Shown here: piece by piece, positions 36,616-48,050 of the stretch | How positions within the stretch are numbered: the first letter of the stretch is position 1 | How the letters are laid out: every line of letters begins with the position of its first letter | NCBI GenBank assembly: GCA_001244265.2 | Contig: CDLV01000008.1 | Coordinates: 682,001-746,000, forward strand | Length of the DNA stretch: 64,000 bases | Reading direction: 5' to 3' | DNA from: Microbotryum violaceum | Lineage: Eukaryota | The notes under the pieces: generated by a model | The model's input: the letters and a program-made list of their open reading frames with translations, nothing else | Database searches by the model: none | What the model was told of the DNA's origin: nothing | Position numbers and translations under genes: made by a program

Positions 36616-39078
36616 ATGTTGCGCCACTCGTCGTCCAGACTGTTGCGTCCCCGCGTCTTCCTCGCCCCTTCGTTGTCGTCTCTGTGCGGCGGCTTCTCCT
36701 CGTCAGCTCTCCCCCCCTCCTCCCCTTCCCGATCCCCCCGCTCGTCGTCTTCGCCGGTCGTTGCACTCCCCCGCGGGACACAGCGCCGCATGTTTGCGCT
36801 CTCCGCATACAACGCGAACCAAGCCCCGACCCTATCGCGCCAACACGAGCTGGCCCGTCTGCCGATCCCGACTCTTGAAGCCTCGACGCAAAGGTACCTC
36901 GAGAGCCTCAAGCCGTTCCTGCTCCAGCAGGCTCAAGAGGCTGGCCTGCGGGTGGAGCAGGCGCAGAGGCAGTTGGAGAAGAGGCATGAATGGGCCAACG
37001 ACTTTCTCAAGGAGGGTGGACTGGGAAGGCTGTTGCAGGAGAGGCTCAAGGGTGAGTACGAGTACGCGCTCGAGCTGTGAGACGTGTCGGCGGGTGTGGG
37101 GCCCGGTTTGATCCATTCTGAGCCCTGAGCTCACCATCCTTTCTCCGCCCACAGACGTCGATCGAAGCTCGCCCAACAACTGGCTAGACGACAACTATTG
37201 GCTCAGCGTATACCATGGCTGGCGCGCAGCCTTGCCCATCAACAGCAACTGGTTCATTCTCATGGCCGACGATCAGGCCATCCCCAAAGAGGTCAGAGCT
37301 TCGGCACCTCCCCAGGGCGAATACTCGAACTGGCAGATCAAACGAGGTGCCAAGCTGGTGGAGAGGCTGATTCAGTTCAAGCACAAGCTGGATAGGTTAG
37401 TGAGAAGCAGACGTGTGGCCACTTGCTCGAACATTCACTCACTTGGGCACTTCGAGCTTCGATCTGGCAGGGAAGAGATTGCGCCCGATGCTTCACGGGC
37501 CGGGCCTTTCTGCATGCACCAATATACGAGGTACGTCTAGCCAGCACTTTGAAAGGCCAATCATTAGCAGTAATCTCATGCTTATTTGGATTGGTCGCAC
37601 AGGGTATACGGTGTCACTCGTCTCCCCGGACTGCCTCTCGATAAATTCGTGCACGCCCCTCACCCCCATCCCTCGGCTGCGATCACCGTCATCGTCAACG
37701 ACCACTTTTACAACGTTCCCGTTACCACCGCGGACGGCCAAGCCGTCAATCTCGCCTCCCTCGAAGCGACACTCTGGGCCATCGTCGACGATGCCTCGGC
37801 ACGGCCTCGTGGACCCAGCGTCGGGGCCTGCTCAGGTGACGGTCGAGACGCCTGGACCGTCTCCCGTGAACACTTGCTCCAACTTGATCCCAAAAATCGA
37901 GCGACGATGACCGCAATAGAGAACTCGCTCTTTGTTCTCGCTCTCGATGGACACACTCTCAAATCGCCCTCGTATCAATCCTCGTCAACCGTTTCGCAAA
38001 CACCAGATCTCGATGCTCATATCGTCAATGGTTCGTCCGCAGGTGGTGAAGGTCGTAACCGTTGGTGGGACAAGGCCATCACCGTCGCAGTCGAGAGCAA
38101 TGGTCGAGCCATCATGAACGGTGAACATTCGCCCTGCGACGCCCTCATTCCTTCCATTATCGCCGAATACGTCTTAGCCGAAGGTGTCTCGGCCGACGAG
38201 ACCTCCCATAGAGGGCAAGGCTCCTTGAACGGCGTCCAGAAACTTAACTGGGTCCTCGACGCCCAAGCAGAGAAGAACATCGAAGGAGCGATCCAGACCA
38301 TCTCTGACCTAGCCGGGGACAGCGAAGGTAAGATGTTGTGGTACGACGAATACGGTACCGAATGGATCAAGAAGGTCGGCAAACAATCCCCCGATGCGTA
38401 TTGTCAAATGGCATTGCAACTCGCGTACCATAGGACCCATGGGAGGTGTGTGGGCACTTATGAGACCGCCTCGACGAGGTTGTTCTTGCATGGACGGACG
38501 GACGTCATTCGCACGTTCAGCGAGGATAGTCTTCTTTGGGTTCAAGCGATGCGCCAAAAGGATCAATACAGCCCGATAGAATTGTACGAACTCTTGACCG
38601 CCGCTACGAAGGCGCACAACTCGTACAAGCGCGATTCATCAACCGGCAAAGGCTTGGATCGTCACTTCCTTGGCCTGCAACAGAATCTGAGGGAGGGCGA
38701 ATCGCACCCTTTGTTTGAGGATCCGTTGTTCACCGAAAGTCAGTCGTGGGTCTTGAGTACGAGTGGGTTGTCAGCAGGAGACAGGTTCTATGGGACGGGC
38801 TTTGGTACGCCGTGGCCTAATGGATATGGAATTAACTGTGAGTTGTCTGTTCGTACTCTCGATAGTCTCCACGATAATGACTAATGTGTTTTGTCGTCGT
38901 ACCAGATCTCGCGGGAAGCAAGATCATCAAATTCGGTATCGAGTCGAAGCGATCCGATCCTCACACGTCCACGGAAGTTTTCCGTAACAACTTATCCGTG
39001 GCTTTGAGGGACATGAAGGAGGTGTGCGAAAAGGGGCAACCTGTGGCAGAATTTCCTGCCGCGCCGGCCAAGCTTTGA
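36616..39078 (+). CDS. CAT2: Carnitine O-acetyltransferase (mitochondrial/peroxisomal)
   Basis: LARLPIPTL, NWLDDNYW, NRWWDK, catalytic EHSPCDA, SPDAYCQMALQLAY, TYETASTRLFLHGRT, LSTS; Arg/Ser-rich presequence; C-terminal AKL*. Confidence 0.93.
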
Positions 39079-39201
39079 GGCGACAAGACACGGGGTTTGT
39101 ATGGTACAGGTTTTTGGGTTCCTCGCGGCGCAGTTACGTAAGTAAAATGAAACGAAATGAAACAATATAATACACAAGTCAAGAATGAAGCCCACGGTTC
39201 C

Positions 39202-42200
39202 TCAATCTCGGAAGCGAAAGAAATACTCGCGCTTATTCAACGTCGGTAACCACCTCGTTTCATCCTCGCTCAGATCTGAGATCTCGCCGTTTGGATCCAC
39301 TCTTCTCGGACGGATGACCATACCTAGCCCTAAGCGAGGACCATCGATCGAACTTCTCGGGGCCCCTGTACCTCCTTCCTGGGTTCGCGTGCTGCTGATA
39401 GGCGTCGAAGGTCTCGAGCGTTCAGATGAACGCCGGCGAGATCGACCCGTCGGACTCGTACCCCTGGTGATGTCGAAGGACGATCGCGTCGGTGTCTGAA
39501 TGGTGAACAATCCTCTTGCAGGTGTAGACCCAATACCAAACACCGCCTCGGCCTCTTCCGTAGATTCCTCCGTCACCGCCGGTGTCGGGCCCTTGGCCGC
39601 TTGAGCGCAAGGCAGGTTACGCAAGTTGAGTGGACAAGGGCTCTTCTTCAATTTGCGCAAACGGTCCCTCATTCGACTAAGGAGGTCTTCTTCCTCGAAT
39701 TTGTGTAAACCAGCCTTGGTTGAATTGCCAATCTGTGTCGCTTGTGATGGTGTCGCTTGGATCGCAGCAGCGAGGCTGCGCAAAGCGTAGTAAGAAGCCG
39801 AGGCGTCCTTGGCGGGTTGGGTCGAATGTGCGATATGAGCTAGATGACGAAGCATGAAGAGCGAGATCGAAAATTTCGACATGCGAGTGGGTAAGAGCTG
39901 AGGATCGGGGAGGAAGAAGCTCGTTGGTGCGACTTGACGAGTTTTGGATTTGGGTTGGGTTGGACGGGTCGAGTCGGGGTCGTAGGTTAGGTGAGTGACA
40001 ATGTTGAGTTCGTGGGCTTGGCCGAAAACGATTGAATGGTCGATCGAAATGAGCACGATGACGAGCCGGAGAATGAATTGCCCTGATTCCGTTGTCCAAA
40101 AAGTCAAGGTCACACCGCACTCGGCTGGATGATCATGAGCCATCTGATCGGCGGAGGTCGTCGATAATTTCACGTCACCTTGCCTAAAGGATGTAAGGGT
40201 GACATGTCTCAGTGGACGAACGGATTGGATTTGTAATGAGTACACTCACATCATCATGAACTTAAGTAGAGTTGACCACCTGCTCGTTTCGATCGCGAAG
40301 CTTCTCCGATTGGGCGTGATCGCCGACAGCTTGATTTCTTCCGGGAACGCGCCACTGGATTTATGGTGGAAAGGTGCATCCACGGTGACGGATTCGACCG
40401 CGAGAGAGCCCGGAGCGGAGGTGAGGTAACCAAAGCTGACCTCATCAGGACTGGGGTCCTCTGCTGCCCCTGTCGGGGTTGTACCAGGATCGGGATCGGT
40501 CGTGCGAGGCGGGGTGAATTGCTGTGACGAAACGATCGATGCGGCCAAAGCGGCGTAAGCAGTGAGCGATGAACCCACCAAGGCGGCGATGGTGGGCCGC
40601 TTGGGTTTGGATTTCGTAGCGGGAGCTTCCATGGACGCTTGAGCAGTCGAGCCTATCGATCGTGCGTCCTTGAACGAGACCGTCTTGCGGGGGGATGGCC
40701 GATCCTTACTCGGCGGTATACACGAGGAAGGGCTTCGAAGAGCAGGGTCTGGCTCAAGGGGTCTGACTGTTGGAGGTAGCGGCACGAGGCCCCTCAAGCT
40801 AAGGCGGGATTGTTCACCTGTGTCCTCACTCTCGGGCTCGGACTGCTCCGAGACGTGCGACAAAGGGCGCCCGTTGAACTGAGAGAGGGGATCCTCGAGA
40901 TCGGCCGCGTTGTCGGCTGACACGAGAGGCTGAGCAGCTTCCACCGTCAAAGCTTCCAGAGGATCAAATGGGATCTCTGATGCGGGTGAGAGGAATTCAA
41001 TGGAAGCGGAGTCGCTCGATAAACTTGGTGCGTCACATATCGTCGGCTGAAGAGCTACCGAAGCTTCGGCAGTACGAATTTGTCCGGCCGAAGGACAACC
41101 CATCACTCTCGAGGAAGGTCCGGCTTGGGGTGTCAAACGATCCGGAGTCGAAGCGGTAGGAGATGTAAAGACCGCCGGCTCGTGAGGGCTGTCGACGGAC
41201 AGGTAGGGTCGCCCAAGCTCGCCACTCATCCATGCTTGTTCGTCCAGCACCTCATACGAACGATCGACCTGCTTGCCTTTGTCGACTAGGATGGAAGGCG
41301 TGAATTGAATCAAGACGGGGGAGTCCCTAAGTCTGTCCGAAGTCGGAGAGTGCAGGTCTCGAGAAGGAGCAGCCGGTTCCGACGAGCTTCGCGTTCGGCG
41401 AAGCGGTACCAAGTCTTCGAGAAAAATTGAAGTCGGGACGGACTTTCTCCGGGGCTTGATGGCTTGGGTGTGCTCCTCGTGTGATCTGGCTTGAGGTTGA
41501 ACAATGGGATCTGAAGATGGTTCGAGACCAGCTGAGGTCCCACTAGCGGAGGTTGAAAGTGCTTGACGATCACGTTTGAGTTGGGCCGCTTCCTCGAGCG
41601 AGATCCGCATCGCAAGTTCGAGCATCTCTCTTTCATAGTCGTCGCCCATCTTGTTCGAGGTGGTTGTTTTGGTATCAGGTTGTTCAGGCGGTCCGCCTTC
41701 AAGCCAGAGTGCGACGTCTTTCCTCAGTCGAGCGTACGAAAGCCACTCCTCTGAAGGAGTCGGCTTTCGGATGACGGCCTCGTCTCCTCGCTGCCCCGTC
41801 GCCGCATGGGTGCCTTGCTCGTGGGGACTCGAAAGTACAGGCGATGGTGCCAAGACAGCCTGTGCGGTCAAAGACGAGTCTTGACCTGTGGAAAGCGGGT
41901 CGGCAGCTGATCGAGCGAGAACAGCGGATTCGAGAAGCGCTTGACAAAGCTCGGCCTCTTCTCGCTCGGCCTGATCCGAACGTCGGCCACGCAGCCGGTC
42001 AGCGTTCGTTGCAGCATTTGGGCACCGAGAGCTTGCAACCCTGACTCACACGTTTGCGCTGCATCTCAATCTCGGAAAGACTTGCTGCAATAGCCAGATC
42101 TACGGCCAAGCGGTCACGGCCCTGATCAGCTGACGCACATTTCTGCCGTGGTTGGAGCCTAGCGCCGGCAGCAGGACCAGGAGCTGAAGCACGAGGGCTG

Positions 42201-42397
42201 GAGGCCGATTTAATCGCGTATGTGTTTGGAAGGGCGGAGGTTCCAGGTTCAAAGTAGGACAAGTCGGATGAGTCGCGGGAGTGGGAAGGCTGTTGGGAGC
42301 TATGATTGAGCTTCGCGGGGGTGGTGAGCCGGATGCGATCAAGGAACTGCCTCGGAGCTTGCGCAGGTGCAGCCGATGTCGGGTCGTATTTAGACAT
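39202..42397 (-). CDS. Uncharacterised large protein with UIM-like motifs
   Basis: ORFs 41999..42403, 40246..41871 and 39202..40245 join via GT-AG introns. Motifs: VDLAIAASLSE, EEAELCQALLES, EREMLELAMRISLEE. Confidence 0.7.
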
Positions 42398-43088
42398 GGA
42401 CACGCACGAACGAGATACGTGGGGTGAAGAGGAAAGAAGGAGGAGAACCTGGGACTGGGATGATCACCGCACCAGAAAGGGAGCTCTCACCTGTCGTCGA
42501 AGGGTGAGTCAGCATGAATGCAGTAAGTCTCGAAGCGCCAGTGAGACAGGAGGCCATTCCCCACTTTACCCGTTCGTTCCACGTCGTACGATCATAGCGG
42601 TGAGCCTGCACTTCTCTGAACCCGATGACGCACCATGTTGCAGGGTGTAGCCCCTGACGTCGCTTCAAAAGCGAGATACATTCCGCAGTCACTAATTGGA
42701 GCGAGGTAGGAGGCGAAGCGAGGCGGGAATGATGATGCTGATCGTCTAATAGTCGGCGATCCGGTCTCTGCTCTGTGGACCGACTGACGCGCAGCGGGAA
42801 AAGGGGCCAGAGGAATATCTTGCGTCCGACCATGCATGCTCGATCATCGCGTAATTGTCGATTCGAATACCCCCCACAAAAGCCAAATGTAAGGGACCAC
42901 GATTCACAAGAAGTAAATGCAGTGGGTGAGGTTCTTGATTATTATAATTGAAACAAGAAACCAGTTTCTAATGACAAAGTGGTGAATATATGCGGTCGAC
43001 TCGGTCCCCCCTTGTGCACGGCGCGGGGGACGTTGATACTTACTTGCCCATCCGCCCCACAGCTTACAACAACCCCAACTACGCCATC

Positions 43089-44278
43089 ATGTCCTTCCGT
43101 GGATCTAGTCGAGGCGGCTCAGGCGACCGAGGTGGATTCCGAGGTGGTCGAGGTGGTGATCGAGGTGAGTCGAGCTGCTGAGCCGCTCAGGCTGGGCTTG
43201 GGTCCTCGGTGAGACAGGACGACGCTTCGCAAAAGCTCGAGTGAGCGCAGGCGCCAGGCCGTGCCGAGTGCGACATGAGGATATGGGGAGCACTTCAACG
43301 ATCGTGAAGGCTCCGACGAATAGTCGTCAGGATAAAAGGACGAATCAGACAACGGTACTGCTCCCTGTCATGACCTTGCTGGTGCAGACGCTCCTCCGCG
43401 ACCGGCCTGGCCCTTTCGCACCACCCGCGACAGCTTTGGCTCGCTTCCCCCACTTTATAGCCGGTATTGATGCACGTGTGTCTCGCATTTTCTTTCCCAT
43501 CCCAGGAGGACGAGGAGGCTTCTCTCGAGGTGGTGGACGCGGTGGAGGACGAGGTGGCTTCGGCGGTGGCTTCAATGACGGGCCGCCCGCAGAGGTGGTC
43601 GAGATCGGCACCTTCGTACACGCCGTCGAGGGCGAGATGTTGTGCTCTTCCACCATGCCTTCCAAGGTCCCTTACTTCAACGCACCCATCTACCTGCCGA
43701 CAAAAGCCGCAATCGGCAAAGTGGACGAGATCTTGGGTCCAATCAGTGAGTCGAGTGCAGAGCCCAGGAGCCAGGAGCCAAGCGACAATCGTTAGCTTCT
43801 CATCCTCTAACATATCGAAACATTACCCGACTACCCCCAGACGAGGTTTACTTCACCATCAAACCTTCAGCCGGCATCCAGGCGACTTCCTTCACCGCCG
43901 GCGACAAAGTTTGCATCGGTACCGACAAGCTCTTGCCGATTGAGCGTTTCCTGCCCCAACCCAAGGTTCCCGGAGTCGCCAAGCGAGGTGGACGAGGACG
44001 TGGTGCACCCGGAGGTGCTCGAGGTGGACGAGGCCGAGGCGCACCGGGAGGGAGAGGCGGAGGACGAGGAGCACCCCGAGGCGGGCCGCCACGAGGCGGA
44101 AGCCGGTCAGTTTTGCCTTTCGATTCTCTCGGACAAATTGATAAGCGGCGAAACGCTGACAAAGATTCTTCAATTGTACAGTGGTGGAGGACGTGGCTTC
44201 TCTTCCGGCGGACGTGGTGGCGGCGGATTCTCTTCTCGTGGCTCGGGAGGTTTCCGAGGGGGTCGTGGACGCGGTTAA
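43089..44278 (+). CDS. GAR1: H/ACA snoRNP subunit Gar1
   Basis: RGG-rich termini; [22 protein letters not shown]...[11 protein letters not shown]...[21 protein letters not shown]. Confidence 0.96.
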
Positions 44279-44465
44279 GCGCGGATATCTCTCTTCCTCT
44301 TTAGACTCTCGTTCGGTTGTTACTTGTGTTCGGATCGATGTCGCTGTCATTGGCGTTTGCTATTGTATTCATTTTACTTCCCTTGCCCTGCTCTTCCCTT
44401 GCTTAGGAGCTCGCGCGCCTACCTGGTCCTCCATTCGGCCCAGTCTACGCACCCTGCCGGACCTC

Positions 44466-45936
44466 TCAGTCCGTCGCGCTGTAGAGCAGCACATCCCGGT
44501 CGACAATGACCACAAAAATATCCACTGTTGGGCTCCAGCACATGTCCATCGCTTGCAGCGGTGGAGGGGCGATGTTGACTGGTCGAGGAGCTGTGAAAGC
44601 GGCATTGCGGATCAGCTTGGCTTCCCTCTTCGCTCTTGCTCTTGAAGGGCCCAGACTTTGAAAACTTACCTTGGGGGCACGACACGTTGTGCAAGGTCAG
44701 AGCAGGTGTGGCGGATGGGTGAGAACAAAGCACGGCAAATATTTTGGGGTCGTGGGGACTCCACCTGCAAAGTGTGCGGTACATTGTCAGTCCGAAACGA
44801 ATTTGGGGGGTCGTCTGATGATCGCCTTCGCCTTCCACCCAGGAAGCTCACCGAAAGACGGCTCGACCAACCAAGTGATCTGAGAAAGCACTCCCGAAAG
44901 CCGTCGGACCTCCCCCGCTACTCTCACTGAGGTCCCACAGCACCCACCGACCATCAATCACCGCGCCAATTTGAGTCGTCGGAACGCCAGCCGATGCGGC
45001 GGCAGTGTTCCAATCGAGGCAGACGAGATCACCTCGGATCGAACGGGCCAGGGAACGAGGTTCGAAGAGACACATGCGGATACTTGCGTCGTCGAGATTA
45101 ATCAGTCGGAGCATGCCTTTTGCATCGCCGGTGACGAGAAGGCTCGCGTTGGTCGGGTGGAAGCAAAGAGATCGGAGAGGGAAGGGGTGAGGGATCTAGT
45201 GCAGCAGAAGCTCAACTGGGCGCATCAACCCAGTGCTTAAGCTACCATATATCCTATATTTGACGTTTACTTACGAGTTTGAGCAAGCCTGGGGACTCAG
45301 CGGCGACGTCCCAGAGGAGCAAGGCACCTTGATCGCCGACACTTGCAACGGTTCTCGCCGCTTGTGTGCCACCCGCTCGTGCGTACTTGATCTCGTGGAT
45401 CGTGCTCGAGACCATCCCCTCCCCCATCGAAGTGGTCAGAGAGCCTTCGACTGCGCTCCATCGAAGTCGAGATAGATTAGGGGTCAAAGTGGCGACGGTG
45501 ACCCTGAACGGTGGAGCGGATCGACCCTTCATCGAATCAATTTCCGGCGTTATCCCTCATCCAGCACGACATGGCAATGACCCCGACTTACTCGAGATTG
45601 TCTGGACTCGACCAGGGTGCAATATCAATAGCCGTGACATGACCGCTGAGTGGCCATATTGCAAGTCGTCGCGCCGTGAGTTGTGATGGGCTGGCGGAGG
45701 TCTGGATCAACAGCGCTTCAACGTGACTTTCCGAACCTGTTTCACTCCCCGAACCATCACATCAGCAACTTCAAACATTCTCCTATCGACGGCTACAGAC
45801 TGTCCTAGTAAAGCGACTCACCGACAACCAGAATATCCCCCCGCAGAGGGTGAAAGATGACACGACTGAGCGACGCATCGTCAGAGTGATGCAAGCGCAG
45901 AAAGGGGTCGCCCCGATTCATCGATAGGTGAGACAT
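44466..45936 (-). CDS. WD40 repeat protein, Nup37-like
   Basis: MSHLSMNRGDPFLRL...FHPLRGDILVV; VASVGDQGALLLWD; LCFHPTNASLLVTGD; FEPRSLA; IGAVIDGRWVLWDL...GGGPTAFG; RWSPHDPKIFAV. This resembles basidiomycete Nup37-like proteins from memory and was not verified by a search. Confidence 0.65.
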
Positions 45937-46902
45937 GAGGCGGGCGCGTCAACGAGGTTCGACTCTGAGGTGAGCTGGAAGGGTGTTTCTCACACAACAC
46001 TAGGTGCGGGAGTCTGTGACAAAACGCCGTTGTTATGAGAGGAGGGGTGTATGCTTGGTTTGTTGGCTATCGATCAACATCAGGCCGAATAAGATAGGGG
46101 CTGATCAAAGTGTCAAAGGAGCTCGCGAGGCGCCTGCGCGCCGACTAGCCGGGCTTGAATTGGCCGGAGGTCACCGGGGACTTGGGGACCCTGTCGTTTT
46201 AAAGTTTAAAGCCATAAAGTCCAGCTAGTCTTATTCAAAGACAGAATCTAACAAACGCTAGATCCACTGGACCACCATAACATGTGTCATATATCATACA
46301 CCCATATTGCATACGGGCCATTGCCTTGCTGGGATTAGGACTGATGCCCCCATTTCTCAGGGCTTACAGCAGTTTTCCCTCCTCCCCCTCAGCTCCCGGC
46401 TCCTGAGGGTAGATGGGGCAAGGTTGCAACCATCGCCTCCACCAGTAAGGTATGCTACTCCATATTCTGTTTTAAGTTCGCGGGCACTTCCGTGACCCCT
46501 CTCCTATTGCTGGTCCTCAAGCTGTCCCACTGACACCGGGCTGGGAAGCTCTGGCTTACAAGAATCACTCGATCCAGAATAAGTCCTTCGAGGAGTCTGC
46601 CCGAATCAAAACAACTCGAAAGGGGTTCGTGCTGCGATAAGCTGCGTGTCACGTGCACGGCGCTCCTCCCTTTGTCGTCGCCTTCATGTCAAGGAAATGC
46701 GCTAGGCCGGCCCCGCCGCGACACGTTGTTCACCACCTTTGCGTCCAAGCACCTTCATTCTTTCCACAATCACCGCTTGTCTCTTGACCTACATCCCATT
46801 CCCTGCTCGCTTTCTCATTCTCGATATCTTTCTCCCCTTTCCTTCGCTCTTCTGCCGACCAGCTCAGCGCAGAGCCTCCCGCTAGGCGATCGGTCCCCAG
46901 CC

Positions 46903-47409
46903 ATGCGTCCCTTTAGTTCAATCATCCTGGCGACATGTGCCCTAGTGTATTTGACCGTCGCGAATCCCTCAACTACCGTCAAGGACCATGCGTTCTCGCT
47001 GAATTCCGTACAACTGCAAGGCTCGCTCGGTGAGAGGCTGCCGACCGGGTTCCTCCAGACCTCTGCCTAACGATCCAACGAGCTTTGTCCTTTCAATCTT
47101 CGCTTAGACCTTTATGTATCCCCGGACAGGTCACTCTCTCGGTCGCTTAGATCTGGTTCAAGAGTCTACATGCCATAAACGAACTCCGGATGTCTCGTGC
47201 ACCGAAACCACGGTCGAGGATGATGGGGATTCACCCACCCCACCCCTATGCGCGTCCATCGGAGCCGTAGACCTCCAAGAGCCGACTCGAAGGATCGTGC
47301 CGGTGAGGTTCAGAAAGTCGATCAAATCCAAACTAACGTCTCGGAATGTCTTTCCCAAACGTCTTGGCAGCAAGTCTCGACGAGCCCAAACCCTCTTGTC
47401 ACGGTCTGA
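46903..47409 (+). CDS. Putative small secreted protein (about 105-110 aa, exon structure tentative)
   Basis: Signal-peptide-like MRPFSSIILATCALVYLTVA; plausible introns give DLVQESTCHKRTPDVSCTETTVEDD...LCASIG...RIVP|QVSTSPNPLVTV*. Confidence 0.45.
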
Positions 47410-47994
47410 CGCCGCGATTTGCGTGAGATTTCTCGATTTGTTTCCCCCTTTCTCCGTGCCTCTCCATACCTCCCTCCCAACTGACACCCCTTTGATTCCT
47501 AACATCCGTCCAGATCACCAAGACCCCACCCCTCACTATCGCAAGGCTTCAATAAAAGCATAGGCCCAAGCAACCTTCGCCGAGCGTCGCACCAAGCTCG
47601 ACGACAGGATGAGAAGCTTCGGCTTCGGCGCAGTCGGAGGGAGACGAGGGAGGAGTTGTGTGAAGGTTGAATGAATCGTGCGAGCGGGCTACATACAGGG
47701 GCTACATGTATTATATTGATCTGCTAGTGAAATGTTGGTACAAAATGGTGTTGGTGTGAACTTGGACCTACGTCGGTTTGAAACCCCTCTCTGGCACACG
47801 GATGATGCCGCTCTCATGCAGGCAGTACTCTTCAAGTTGAACAGTCTCACTCTCCTTGAGAAAAGACGATCTCCATTAAGTCGCTTATTCAGACCCGTTA
47901 GTAAGAAGAAAAGAAAAGGTAGAATGAGATGCTAAGGATGAAACAGGAAACAGCGACAGGATGGGGGAAAAATAAAGGAAGAGTCACACGTACA

Positions 47995-48022
47995 CGCACA
48001 CACACACACAGACACACACACA
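47995..48022. repeat. (CA)n microsatellite in the permease 3' region
   Basis: Directly visible. Confidence 0.8.
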
Positions 48023-48050
48023 GAACACGAGGGACGAGCGTGACGGCAGC

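Noticed and set aside
42865-42979. AT-rich stretch upstream of GAR1 with an ACAAGA H-box-like motif, a hairpin and ACA
   Set aside because: More simply explained as the bidirectional promoter or first UTR exon (TATAAT, then an approximately 80-nt GTGAAT..CAG UTR intron). The stems are weak and no target was recognised.
43036-43046. ATACTTACTTG resembling the U1 snRNA 5' end
   Set aside because: One mismatch, no U1 stem-loops or Sm site downstream; it fits the branch-point region of the GAR1 UTR intron.
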